Assembly: GCA_001789205.1 (NCBI GenBank)
Contig: MFYT01000039.1
Span: forward strand, 85,295-149,294
Length of the DNA: 64,000 nt
Direction of reading: 5' to 3'
Origin: Candidatus Raymondbacteria bacterium RIFOXYA2_FULL_49_16
GTDB taxonomy: Bacteria > Fibrobacterota > OXYB2-FULL-49-7 > XYB2-FULL-49-35
A program made the position numbers and the translations under genes. Within the stretch, counting starts at the first letter, position 1. Every line of letters starts with the position of its first letter. Shown here piece by piece: positions 19,643-27,558 of the stretch. The notes under the pieces were generated by a model, which worked only from the letters and a program-made list of their open reading frames with translations, made no database searches and had not been told where the DNA came from.

Positions 19643-20881
19643 TTACACGCTTTTCAGCGCTTTGATGGGTTCCAGTCTTGAAGCTTTATACGCCGGGTGA
19701 AGGCTGCCGAGAATGGAAACAACAATCACCACAAGAGAGACCACCACAACATCTTTAGGCGTCATGTGGGGTGAAAGGACAAAACCTTCCTTCATGCCAA
19801 AAGAGAATGTATAATGGGATACGCGGATGGCATTAACCGCCACAACACTTAGAATGGTACCGGCAAGAACACCAAACAGGCCAAGCAACCCTCCCTCGAC
19901 AATGAACATGGCGAGAATACGGCCCGGCAATGTACCAATGGCCGCCAGCGTCCCTATCTCACGGGTCCGCTCATAAACGGACATTATCATGACATCCATG
20001 ATGCTTATAAGAACTATCGCAATGAGCATTATCCGTATAAACACGGTCATGAGGTCGATCATTTTAGCAATATTGGCGAACGGAGAGAGTTTTTCCCAGG
20101 TGTGCAGTTCAAATTTCGGCATGCCTTTCGTGTTCTTTTCCTTATTTAAACGCTCTGTCAGCTGCTCAAAGACCTGATCCAGCCGGTTGAAATCCTTCAC
20201 ATGGACGGCAATCTCGCTGACTTCCGGTTCTTCCATGCGCAACAGTTCTGCTGCGTCCGTGATATGTATGTACCCATCACGCCCGCCCGGTCCGGGTGCA
20301 CTCTCAACAATGCCGCCCACGATGAATTGTTGGCCATTAACGGAACCATCTTTATTAGTCGCAATAATAACAACTGGAGCGCCGACAGTGATGTTTAAAC
20401 CTTTAGCCAAAAACTGAGGCACAAGTATTTGTCCCCGTCTAAGCTCTGAGCTGCCTTCCATGATGCGCTTTTGAAGGAGCGGGACCGTCTTAAATTCCTT
20501 CTCCGGGTCAATGCCGTAAAGCCGGAGGTTGGTAGTTTCGGTAAAGTTGCTTATTACGCCGCCCAATCTGATGCGTGTTGAGTAGGCCTCAACCTCCGGT
20601 ATTCCCTTGAGAATGTCCTCAATGATACCAACGCCATGCGGCATCATGTTCAGGTTCATGGGCACATTTTCAATAGAAACCACATACCCTTTTTTGTGTA
20701 TTTGCATCTGACCGAGCATGGCATCCGTTATCTGACCCACGATGAGCGACTTGTATGAACCGGAAGCGGCCATAAAAACCTGTACGGCGATGACGCCAAG
20801 CGCTATGAGTGCTCCGACAAGCAGTGTCCGGCGTTTGTAGCGCATTAAATTACGGGCTGCTATCTTGATGATTTCAAGCAT
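19643..20881 (-). CDS. ABC transporter permease, FtsX/MacB family
   Basis: 412 aa. N-terminal TM, periplasmic domain, C-terminal FtsX-like four-helix region. Confidence 0.75.
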   Translation of the reverse strand: MLEIIKIAARNLMRYKRRTLLVGALIALGVIAVQVFMAASGSYKSLIVGQITDAMLGQMQIHKKGYVVSIENVPMNLNMMPHGVGIIEDILKGIPEVEAYSTRIRLGGVISNFTETTNLRLYGIDPEKEFKTVPLLQKRIMEGSSELRRGQILVPQFLAKGLNITVGAPVVIIATNKDGSVNGQQFIVGGIVESAPGPGGRDGYIHITDAAELLRMEEPEVSEIAVHVKDFNRLDQVFEQLTERLNKEKNTKGMPKFELHTWEKLSPFANIAKMIDLMTVFIRIMLIAIVLISIMDVMIMSVYERTREIGTLAAIGTLPGRILAMFIVEGGLLGLFGVLAGTILSVVAVNAIRVSHYTFSFGMKEGFVLSPHMTPKDVVVVSLVVIVVSILGSLHPAYKASRLEPIKALKSV

Positions 20882-21578
20882 GGTTTGCAGCCCCTTTCTC
20901 CTGCTGGCCGGTCAGGATGCCGTCCTCTATGGTGTAAATGCATTCAGCCTCTCCGACGATTTTAGGGTCGTGGGTCGAAAAAATGAAGGTCGTGCTGAGT
21001 TCGTCGCGCATCTTTTTCATGAGGCTTAGAATCATATACGCGGTTTTATGGTCCAGATTGGCCGTGGGCTCATCCGCCAACACCAGCTTGGGGCTCGTCA
21101 CAAGCGCCCGCGCGATGGCCACCCGCTGTTTCTGCCCGCCGGATATCTGGTCCGGATATTTTTCGCTTTGATCGGCCATTTCAACAGCTTCCAGAAGGTT
21201 CAGCACAAGCTTCCGCCGTTCCGCCGCCGGAGTGTCCCGCACCATGACGAGTGGGTATTCCACATTCTCGTACACAGTGAGGATGGGCACCAGGTTAAAA
21301 TCCTGAAAAATGAATCCTATGTTGCCCCCCCTGAATTTAGCACTGTTGGTTCTATCAAGTGCCAAAACATTGGACCCGCCTACGTCGAGTCTTCCAGACG
21401 ATGGTTTGTCCAGACAACCGATAAGATTAAGAAGTGTCGTCTTCCCGCTTCCGGACGGCCCAATAAACGAGGTGATGGTTCCTGCCTCTATTGAGAAGCT
21501 GACGTCTTTCAGCGCCTGGACTGTTACTGTTCCAGTCTCATAAAATTTTCCCACGTTCTCAGCCTTAACTATTGTCAT
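20874..21578 (-). CDS. ABC transporter ATP-binding protein (MacB/LolD-like)
   Basis: Walker A 'GPSGSGKTT', signature 'ISGGQKQRVAIARAL', Walker B 'VLADEPTANLD'. Confidence 0.8.
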   Translation of the reverse strand: MTIVKAENVGKFYETGTVTVQALKDVSFSIEAGTITSFIGPSGSGKTTLLNLIGCLDKPSSGRLDVGGSNVLALDRTNSAKFRGGNIGFIFQDFNLVPILTVYENVEYPLVMVRDTPAAERRKLVLNLLEAVEMADQSEKYPDQISGGQKQRVAIARALVTSPKLVLADEPTANLDHKTAYMILSLMKKMRDELSTTFIFSTHDPKIVGEAECIYTIEDGILTGQQEKGAANHA

Positions 21579-21631
21579 GAAATATTTCCTTTTGTGTTAA
21601 ACATAATGCCGTTCATTTTGTTTCTTTAAGT

Positions 21632-22330
21632 TCAAAATCCAAAATACAACCCGAAATTATTTGTCAGCACCAGATAAACCCCGACCAGTATAAACAATAC
21701 CGCTGTCACTCGCCTCACCCACAATTCAATGATCGTCAGCTTGTTGAAAACAGAACCTACAAGGTGTGCTCCGAACGCCAACAACAGCGAAAAACCAATT
21801 ACCGGCAAGGCCGTGCCCACGCCATAAAGCACAGGCATTACAAGCGCTGAATTGTTTTTAATCGCAAGCGGGATAAGCCCTCCAAAGAAAAGACCGGCGG
21901 AAGTTGGACAAAAGGCCATTGCAAAAAGGACCCCCAGAATACCTGCGCCCCACACGCCGGTATTATCTATCCGCGCCTGGAGCCCCTGTGTCATCCCCTT
22001 TCCACCAAAGCCAAATCTGAACAGGTCGAGCAGAAGCACCCCCACTGCAAGGCAAACCGGCCCAATAATCTTACTCATGTTGTTCTGGAGAAAATTCGAT
22101 ACACCGGGAATTGTGAGCAGGCTTTTTATAACCAGCATGCCCACCGTAAGATAGGCAAGCGCACGGCCAAGCGTATAGAGCAATCCCGCGAAAAGGACTG
22201 TCCGCGTGGATCCCACACGCCTGCCCACATACGATATTGCCGCGATGTTCGTGGCAAGCGGGCAGGGGCTGATGGAGGTCAGTATCCCCAACCAGAGAGC
22301 GGCCCCCATGGCCACAAACGTTTCATTCAT
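21632..22330 (-). CDS. CcdA/DsbD_2-family transmembrane thiol-disulfide transporter-like protein
   Basis: 232 aa and 6 TM. Conserved membrane-embedded cysteines 'SISPCPLATN' and 'AFCPTSAG'. Confidence 0.55.
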   Translation of the reverse strand: MNETFVAMGAALWLGILTSISPCPLATNIAAISYVGRRVGSTRTVLFAGLLYTLGRALAYLTVGMLVIKSLLTIPGVSNFLQNNMSKIIGPVCLAVGVLLLDLFRFGFGGKGMTQGLQARIDNTGVWGAGILGVLFAMAFCPTSAGLFFGGLIPLAIKNNSALVMPVLYGVGTALPVIGFSLLLAFGAHLVGSVFNKLTIIELWVRRVTAVLFILVGVYLVLTNNFGLYFGF

Positions 22331-22881
22331 GACTTAAATTCCTTTTCAAACGCTTTAATCTCTTCACGGATGTATACCCTGAAAGCGTTCTCATCTCCCA
22401 GGAGTTCCCATATTTTTGCACAATTTTTCCAGCCCATCTCCTTCCCGTCTTTAACGCAAGAAAGAACAACGGACTTTGAATATAAGCTGTAATCCTTGGC
22501 AAAATGTTCGTTCTGCTTATCCTGAATGTTCAGCATCTTCCATTCCATGCTACCGCTCTTCAGTTCGTCCTTGAACGAAGCTTCGACCTCTGCGCGGGTA
22601 TATTTTTCAATCTTCTGGCACGAAGGGCACCGGTAACTTGTCATGAAATAATAGACGTATATCTTCCCGCCATTTTTCACCTGCTGTTTGGCAGATGCCG
22701 TATCGGTCTTTGCGGGGGTACTCTGCACGATCTTTTGTTTTGCCTGCGGCGCTGCGGTTTTGGGCGCTTCGGCAAACCCGTTGCTGCAACTGCAATTGGG
22801 AAGGCTGAACATCGTAATGCCGATAAGCATGATTGCAACCATTAGACTTTTTTCACTGTTGAACATACCATATCCTTTCAT
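22327..22881 (-). CDS. Thioredoxin-like protein (CxxC 'CPSC')
   Basis: Signal/TM, then the thioredoxin-fold motif 'YRCPSCQKIEKYT'. Overlaps the CcdA-like gene by 4 nt. Confidence 0.5.
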   Translation of the reverse strand: MKGYGMFNSEKSLMVAIMLIGITMFSLPNCSCSNGFAEAPKTAAPQAKQKIVQSTPAKTDTASAKQQVKNGGKIYVYYFMTSYRCPSCQKIEKYTRAEVEASFKDELKSGSMEWKMLNIQDKQNEHFAKDYSLYSKSVVLSCVKDGKEMGWKNCAKIWELLGDENAFRVYIREEIKAFEKEFKS

Positions 22882-22894
22882 TATTTTTAAAACC

Positions 22895-24190
22895 CTACAA
22901 GGTTCCATATATTAATCCGGAAATCGTCGCCATTATAACTACCAGCGAAATGTACGCCATGGTCTTTTTGATTCCCATTATGCTGTTCAGCACCAGCATG
23001 TTCTGCAGCGAAAGTGCCGGGCCTGCCAGCAATAGGGCCAATGCAGGGCCTTTGCCCATTCCGGCAGCCATGAGTCCCTGGAGAATGGGAACTTCGGTGA
23101 GCGTTGCAAAATACATGAACGCACCCACAACCGACGCAAGGAGATTTGCCCGCAGAGAATTGCCGCCAACGGCCGCGGTTATCCATTCGGAAGGAATGAT
23201 GCCTTCGTGACCAACGCGGCCGAGTGCAAATCCGGCAACGAGAACGCCGAAAAGCAGAAGTGGAAAGATCTGTTTTACAAATCCCCAGGTTGCAGAGAGC
23301 CAGTCACCAGCCTCGCCCTTGTCTGTACCTGTAATTACTGTAAGGCCCAGAATACCGGCAATAAACGCAATTATTGGTTGATGCGGGAACAAGAATGCGA
23401 GGACCACGGGTGATATTGTTGCTACTGCGACCTTCCACCATGGTATTTTCAGCCATGCTATTAAGGCCATGCCCAAACCAAGGGCAAAAAGGCCGGTGAT
23501 GGGCCACTTCAGCCCATAAATAAAGTGCCACGGGCCTGTTTCCTGGACTGGTTTGCCCCAGTTTGCAAAAACAAGTATGCCGATCATGGACGCAAAATAA
23601 AGCGCTGTCTGCCACAGGGGCCGGCCAGCTTCTGCGTCCGGCATGGCCATCTGGGCCGCGTTCTTCTGCGCTTCTTCTTTCCTGAAAATGAACTGCATTA
23701 TCAACCCAATGACAACGCTGAACCCGATTGCGCCAACCGCACGGGCCACTCCCATCTCAAGGCCAAGAATGCGGGCAGTTAAAATGATGGCCAGGACATT
23801 GATGGCGGGTCCGGAATACAGAAATGCTGTTGCCGGGCCAATGCCAGCGCCCATCCGGTATATGCCTGCGAAGAGAGGCAGCACGGTGCATGAACAGACC
23901 GCCAGTACTGTGCCTGAAACCGAGGCCACTCCATAGGCCAGGACCTTGTTCGCCTTTGCGCCCAGATACTTCATCACCGATGCCTGGCTCACAAAAACGC
24001 CTATTGCACCAGCTATGAAAAAGGCCGGCACCAGACATAGCAACACATGTTCGCGCGCATACCATTTTACAAGGTTCAGCGCCTCGGATATTGCATTGTT
24101 GAACCGGGGTGCATCAACAGGCAAATAATAGATGCCTATGAACAGCGCAACTACCCAGAATAGCGGTTTTAATTCCTTTTTCAGCAGCAT
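22895..24190 (-). CDS. ArsP-type permease (PF03773/DUF318 family), a putative organoarsenical/metal efflux permease
   Basis: 431 aa and about 8-10 TM. Cys pair in TM context 'VLAVCSCTVLPLFAGIY', analogous to the ArsP TPFcSCS motif. Confidence 0.6.
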   Translation of the reverse strand: MLLKKELKPLFWVVALFIGIYYLPVDAPRFNNAISEALNLVKWYAREHVLLCLVPAFFIAGAIGVFVSQASVMKYLGAKANKVLAYGVASVSGTVLAVCSCTVLPLFAGIYRMGAGIGPATAFLYSGPAINVLAIILTARILGLEMGVARAVGAIGFSVVIGLIMQFIFRKEEAQKNAAQMAMPDAEAGRPLWQTALYFASMIGILVFANWGKPVQETGPWHFIYGLKWPITGLFALGLGMALIAWLKIPWWKVAVATISPVVLAFLFPHQPIIAFIAGILGLTVITGTDKGEAGDWLSATWGFVKQIFPLLLFGVLVAGFALGRVGHEGIIPSEWITAAVGGNSLRANLLASVVGAFMYFATLTEVPILQGLMAAGMGKGPALALLLAGPALSLQNMLVLNSIMGIKKTMAYISLVVIMATISGLIYGTL

Positions 24191-24235
24191 GCGAGCAACT
24201 CTTTTCCTTTTGTTGCAACAGCGGCAATAGCTTCT

Positions 24236-24481
24236 TCAGTAATCTGAAATTGCAATAACCTTCTTTGCTTCTTCGAGCGATGGCACTTTGCCTGTTAATT
24301 TAACCACACCGTCGACAGCCAGGGCAGGGGTCATCATTACATTGAAGGCCATGATCTCGTTAATGTCCGTGACTTTGACCAGTTCATACTCGATCCCAAG
24401 CTCTTTTGCCGCCTGCTCCGCAACTTCTGCCAGTTTTTTGCATTTTGGGCACCCGGTGCCCAGAATTGATAGTTTTTTCAT
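24236..24481 (-). CDS. Small thioredoxin-fold redox-active disulfide protein (glutaredoxin-like, TM0996/MTH895 type)
   Basis: 81 aa with 'LGTGCPKCKKL'. This family is frequently paired with PF03773 permeases. Confidence 0.6.
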   Translation of the reverse strand: MKKLSILGTGCPKCKKLAEVAEQAAKELGIEYELVKVTDINEIMAFNVMMTPALAVDGVVKLTGKVPSLEEAKKVIAISDY

Positions 24482-24500
24482 GAAAACCTCTTTCTGTTAT

Positions 24501-24725
24501 TTACCAGCCCAGTTTTTCCTGGCCATTGCATGGCTGAACGATCTCCTCAACAGCTTTGTTCTTGCATAAGAGCTTGCATTTCAGGCAGCCTGAACAAAAA
24601 TAGAAATCAACCCAGGGCTTGTCTGTTTTATCCTCTTTGAAAACCGCCTTCTTTTCGCATAGTTCCAATACGTCGCACAGGTCGCAATTTGAACATATCC
24701 GGGGATTAATCATCGCGCGTTTCAT
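24501..24725 (-). CDS. Small Cys-rich ferredoxin-like protein (two CxxCxxC(x)nC clusters)
   Basis: 74 aa containing 'CSNCDLCDVLELC' and 'CSGCLKCKLLC'. Confidence 0.35.
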   Translation of the reverse strand: MKRAMINPRICSNCDLCDVLELCEKKAVFKEDKTDKPWVDFYFCSGCLKCKLLCKNKAVEEIVQPCNGQEKLGW

Positions 24726-24730
24726 GGTAT

Positions 24731-25048
24731 TTATCCTACTGATGCGAGCTGCTCTTTTGCCCTGTCATGGATGACCTTTTCAATGCACCCAAGAAACTGA
24801 AGGATGCACGGCACTTTGAGATGGTAAAAAACCATGGTCCCACGTTTGTCGTCAGTCACAATACCGGCGTTCTTGAGAACAGAAAGATGCTTGGATACTG
24901 TCGAGATATCATCCCCGACAAAGTCCGTCAGTTCGCAAACGCAATGCTCTCTCTCCACCAGCTTCTCAATTATAAGCAGGCGGGTAGGATGAGCCATAGC
25001 CTTTATAATATTCGCCCTGGCCTCGTATTTGTACATTACTGATGGCAT
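24731..25048 (-). CDS. ArsR/SmtB family transcriptional regulator
   Basis: 'AHPTRLLIIEKLVEREHCVCELTDFVGDDISTVSKHLSVLKNAGIV'. Confidence 0.75.
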   Translation of the reverse strand: MPSVMYKYEARANIIKAMAHPTRLLIIEKLVEREHCVCELTDFVGDDISTVSKHLSVLKNAGIVTDDKRGTMVFYHLKVPCILQFLGCIEKVIHDRAKEQLASVG

Positions 25049-25217
25049 AAGACTCCTTTGTTGGTTATTTGGTAAAATAGTAAAACAAGCAATTCATAAG
25101 CAAGTTTTTTGGTTCGCCGATACGTATTATATTACGGAAATGTTTAAACAGAACTTACAAATATTTAGCTTTTAAAATGAGGGCCTTGCCTTGGTGACCG
25201 ACCGGCAACTTTCATTT

Positions 25218-25301
25218 TCATAAGTAATTAATGAACGGAGAATTTGTGTCCACGGCATGCAAGACACTGCAAGCAATGAAAACGCAGGAAATTGCCTTCA
25301 T
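25218..25301 (-). pseudogene. 27-codon remnant of a transmembrane AraC regulator gene (5' end only)
   Basis: Minus strand encodes MKAISCVFIACSVLHAVDTNSPFINYL*. Nearly identical to the first 21 codons of the ORF at 9742-10719 (MKVISCVFIACSVLHAVDTNS). Confidence 0.6.
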
Positions 25302-25328
25302 TCTGGAATTTCCTCTATTAATCCATTA
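25231..25328. repeat. 98-bp direct repeat copy 2 (matches 10648-10745)
   Basis: Manual alignment gives about 95% identity in the same orientation as copy 1. Confidence 0.8.
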
Positions 25329-25452
25329 ATTGTGATAATTGTGAAAGTCATTAATAATTTAAAAATACAATAAAAGGCAGAAGGATTAAAACTTGCATTT
25401 TATTGATCGTGTGATTATATTTATACTGATCGATGAGTATGTAAGTCACTAT

Positions 25453-26079
25453 ATGCGAAAAACCAAGGAAAATACAGAGATCTCGAAACTGCGTATTCTT
25501 ATGGCAGCGGATAAGGAATTCTGCCAGCGAGGATTTATTGCTGCCAATATGGATGCCATTGCCGCGGCCGCGGGTATGACAAAAGGCGCCATATTCTGGC
25601 ACTATGAAAGTAAAATCGGGCTTTTTCGTGCCATTATAAAGCGCGCGATCCAAAGGATACAGGCCATTTTCCAGGAGACATTATCAGCCTCTGAACCTGT
25701 GGCAATCCTTGAAAAGTTCAGGGAACTCTTCAAACGAATCAAAAAGGACAATGCTTTTAATGTACTCTTGGTATTGAGCGATGCGGACAAAACAAAGGAC
25801 ATTCCAAAGGACGTGCTTGTTGAGTGCAACAAAGACATAGCAGAAATCATGACAGAGGTGGACCGCATACTATTAGAAGCGAAAAAAAGCGGTGAATTGC
25901 GTGCAGACACAGATGTTCAAAACATCCTTATTACCATGGTCCTTGTTATGAGCGGGTTTGCCAAAATCAAAGAATTTAGGAGTCTGATTGATCCCTTTGG
26001 CAGGAATATTGACGATGAATCTGTTATAAATACTCTGTTCAATGGGTTGCTTTCATTTCAGAAAAAAGGACAAAAATAA
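25453..26079 (+). CDS. TetR/AcrR family transcriptional regulator
   Basis: N-terminal HTH 'RILMAADKEFCQRGFIAANMDAIAAAAGMTKGAIFWHYESKIGLF'. Confidence 0.75.
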   Translation: MRKTKENTEISKLRILMAADKEFCQRGFIAANMDAIAAAAGMTKGAIFWHYESKIGLFRAIIKRAIQRIQAIFQETLSASEPVAILEKFRELFKRIKKDNAFNVLLVLSDADKTKDIPKDVLVECNKDIAEIMTEVDRILLEAKKSGELRADTDVQNILITMVLVMSGFAKIKEFRSLIDPFGRNIDDESVINTLFNGLLSFQKKGQK

Positions 26080-26165
26080 CAGAAAGCCCATTTTTATGTA
26101 CTTTTAACATACTGACCAATATGTATGTATAGGTCAGTAAATGTTTCACACCAGGAGAGGAGTGT

Positions 26166-27524
26166 ATGCGATTTTTAACCGTGGTTTTCAGCATGGTCTT
26201 TTTCCTTATGGTGCAAACCTTCCTTTTTGCGCAAGGGTTATTTGAAAGCGCTGGCCAGGAGGCTTCCAGTGCTGGAAACGAAGAGGCAAATCCGCTTTCT
26301 TTAAGCGGGTATTTAAAAGGTTCTCTCTGTGGCGGGCAAGACAACAACCATGTAATAGTTTCTTCAGGTAATGCCCAGGTATCGCTGAAACTTACGGCTG
26401 AAAGATCCGGATTGGCCAAGGCCTTTTCCGAAGTCCGTCTCAATGGCGGAAAAATCCGTGATTCATCGTCAATTGCGTGTGATGTTCGTGAAGCCTGGGC
26501 TTCTGCTTCTCCAGGGCCCTTTGATATCAAATTGGGGCGGCAAATTATCTCCTGGGGGCGGGCAGATGGCATCAATCCGACCAACACAATTACTCCAAAG
26601 GACGAAACCGCCCTTTCCTCTGAATTGGACGATACGCGACTTGGCAACGAGCTTCTTCAGGTCAGGGCGAAAATAGGGTCTGCAAGCATCCAGGGAATTT
26701 GGGTCCCCTATTTTAGGCCCGATGTATTACCCCTTTCAGGCGCACAAATTCCCTCTGGAATAACATTGGCAGCACCTGCATATCCTGATTCGCGGGTGAA
26801 TCATGCGGGTTATGCACTTCGCATGGAATACGCCTTTCCCTTAGTCGATGGCTCTGTTTCGTATTTCAATGGCTATCCAACGCTTCCGGGTTTTGATTTT
26901 TCAATAGGCCAGAGCGGCCTTTTACTCATGCCGCGCGCGTATCGCATCCATTCTATTGGCGCTGATTTTTCAACAACAATCAACGCAATTGGCCTGCGAG
27001 GCGAGGCAGCCATTAAATACCCTTACGATAACTATGAAAAGTATACCTATGTACCCAATCCCTATGCGCAATATGTCGCAGGGCTCGATAAATCCATTGG
27101 TAATTGGAATATTCTGCTCCAATATTCAGGCCTCTACGTTGTTGATTATCAGAAAATCGCTGACCCTGTGCTGTCCGACCCGTTTAATCCCATGGTCCAG
27201 GCGTTCTATGCCTTTGAATTGGCGCGTGCCAATATCATCCAGATGAACAGGTTGTTTACCGGAACTGCGGACAAATTTAGCCATGCATGCACAGGCAACG
27301 TGCAGTGGAACACGCTCTACGAAACCCTGCATTTCAGATTGGCAGGCATGTATAATTTTACCACAAAAGACTATGCGATCAATCCAAGCGTTTCCTACGA
27401 TATCGCTGATGCCGTCACTCTGGTCGCGGGCGGCCGCTACCTCAATGGGCCCGATGGAAATCTGAATGCCATGATCACCAATCTGATGAGTTTTGTATAT
27501 ACTGAACTCAAGGTATCGTTCTAG
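26166..27524 (+). CDS. Outer-membrane beta-barrel protein (DUF1302-like), partner of the MMPL exporter
   Basis: Signal peptide and C-terminal '...YTELKVSF'. Immediately upstream of, and overlapping, the MMPL gene. Confidence 0.5.
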   Translation: MRFLTVVFSMVFFLMVQTFLFAQGLFESAGQEASSAGNEEANPLSLSGYLKGSLCGGQDNNHVIVSSGNAQVSLKLTAERSGLAKAFSEVRLNGGKIRDSSSIACDVREAWASASPGPFDIKLGRQIISWGRADGINPTNTITPKDETALSSELDDTRLGNELLQVRAKIGSASIQGIWVPYFRPDVLPLSGAQIPSGITLAAPAYPDSRVNHAGYALRMEYAFPLVDGSVSYFNGYPTLPGFDFSIGQSGLLLMPRAYRIHSIGADFSTTINAIGLRGEAAIKYPYDNYEKYTYVPNPYAQYVAGLDKSIGNWNILLQYSGLYVVDYQKIADPVLSDPFNPMVQAFYAFELARANIIQMNRLFTGTADKFSHACTGNVQWNTLYETLHFRLAGMYNFTTKDYAINPSVSYDIADAVTLVAGGRYLNGPDGNLNAMITNLMSFVYTELKVSF

Positions 27525-27558
27525 CCTTCTATGCAATAGAAAGAGAGGATTGTGCGCC

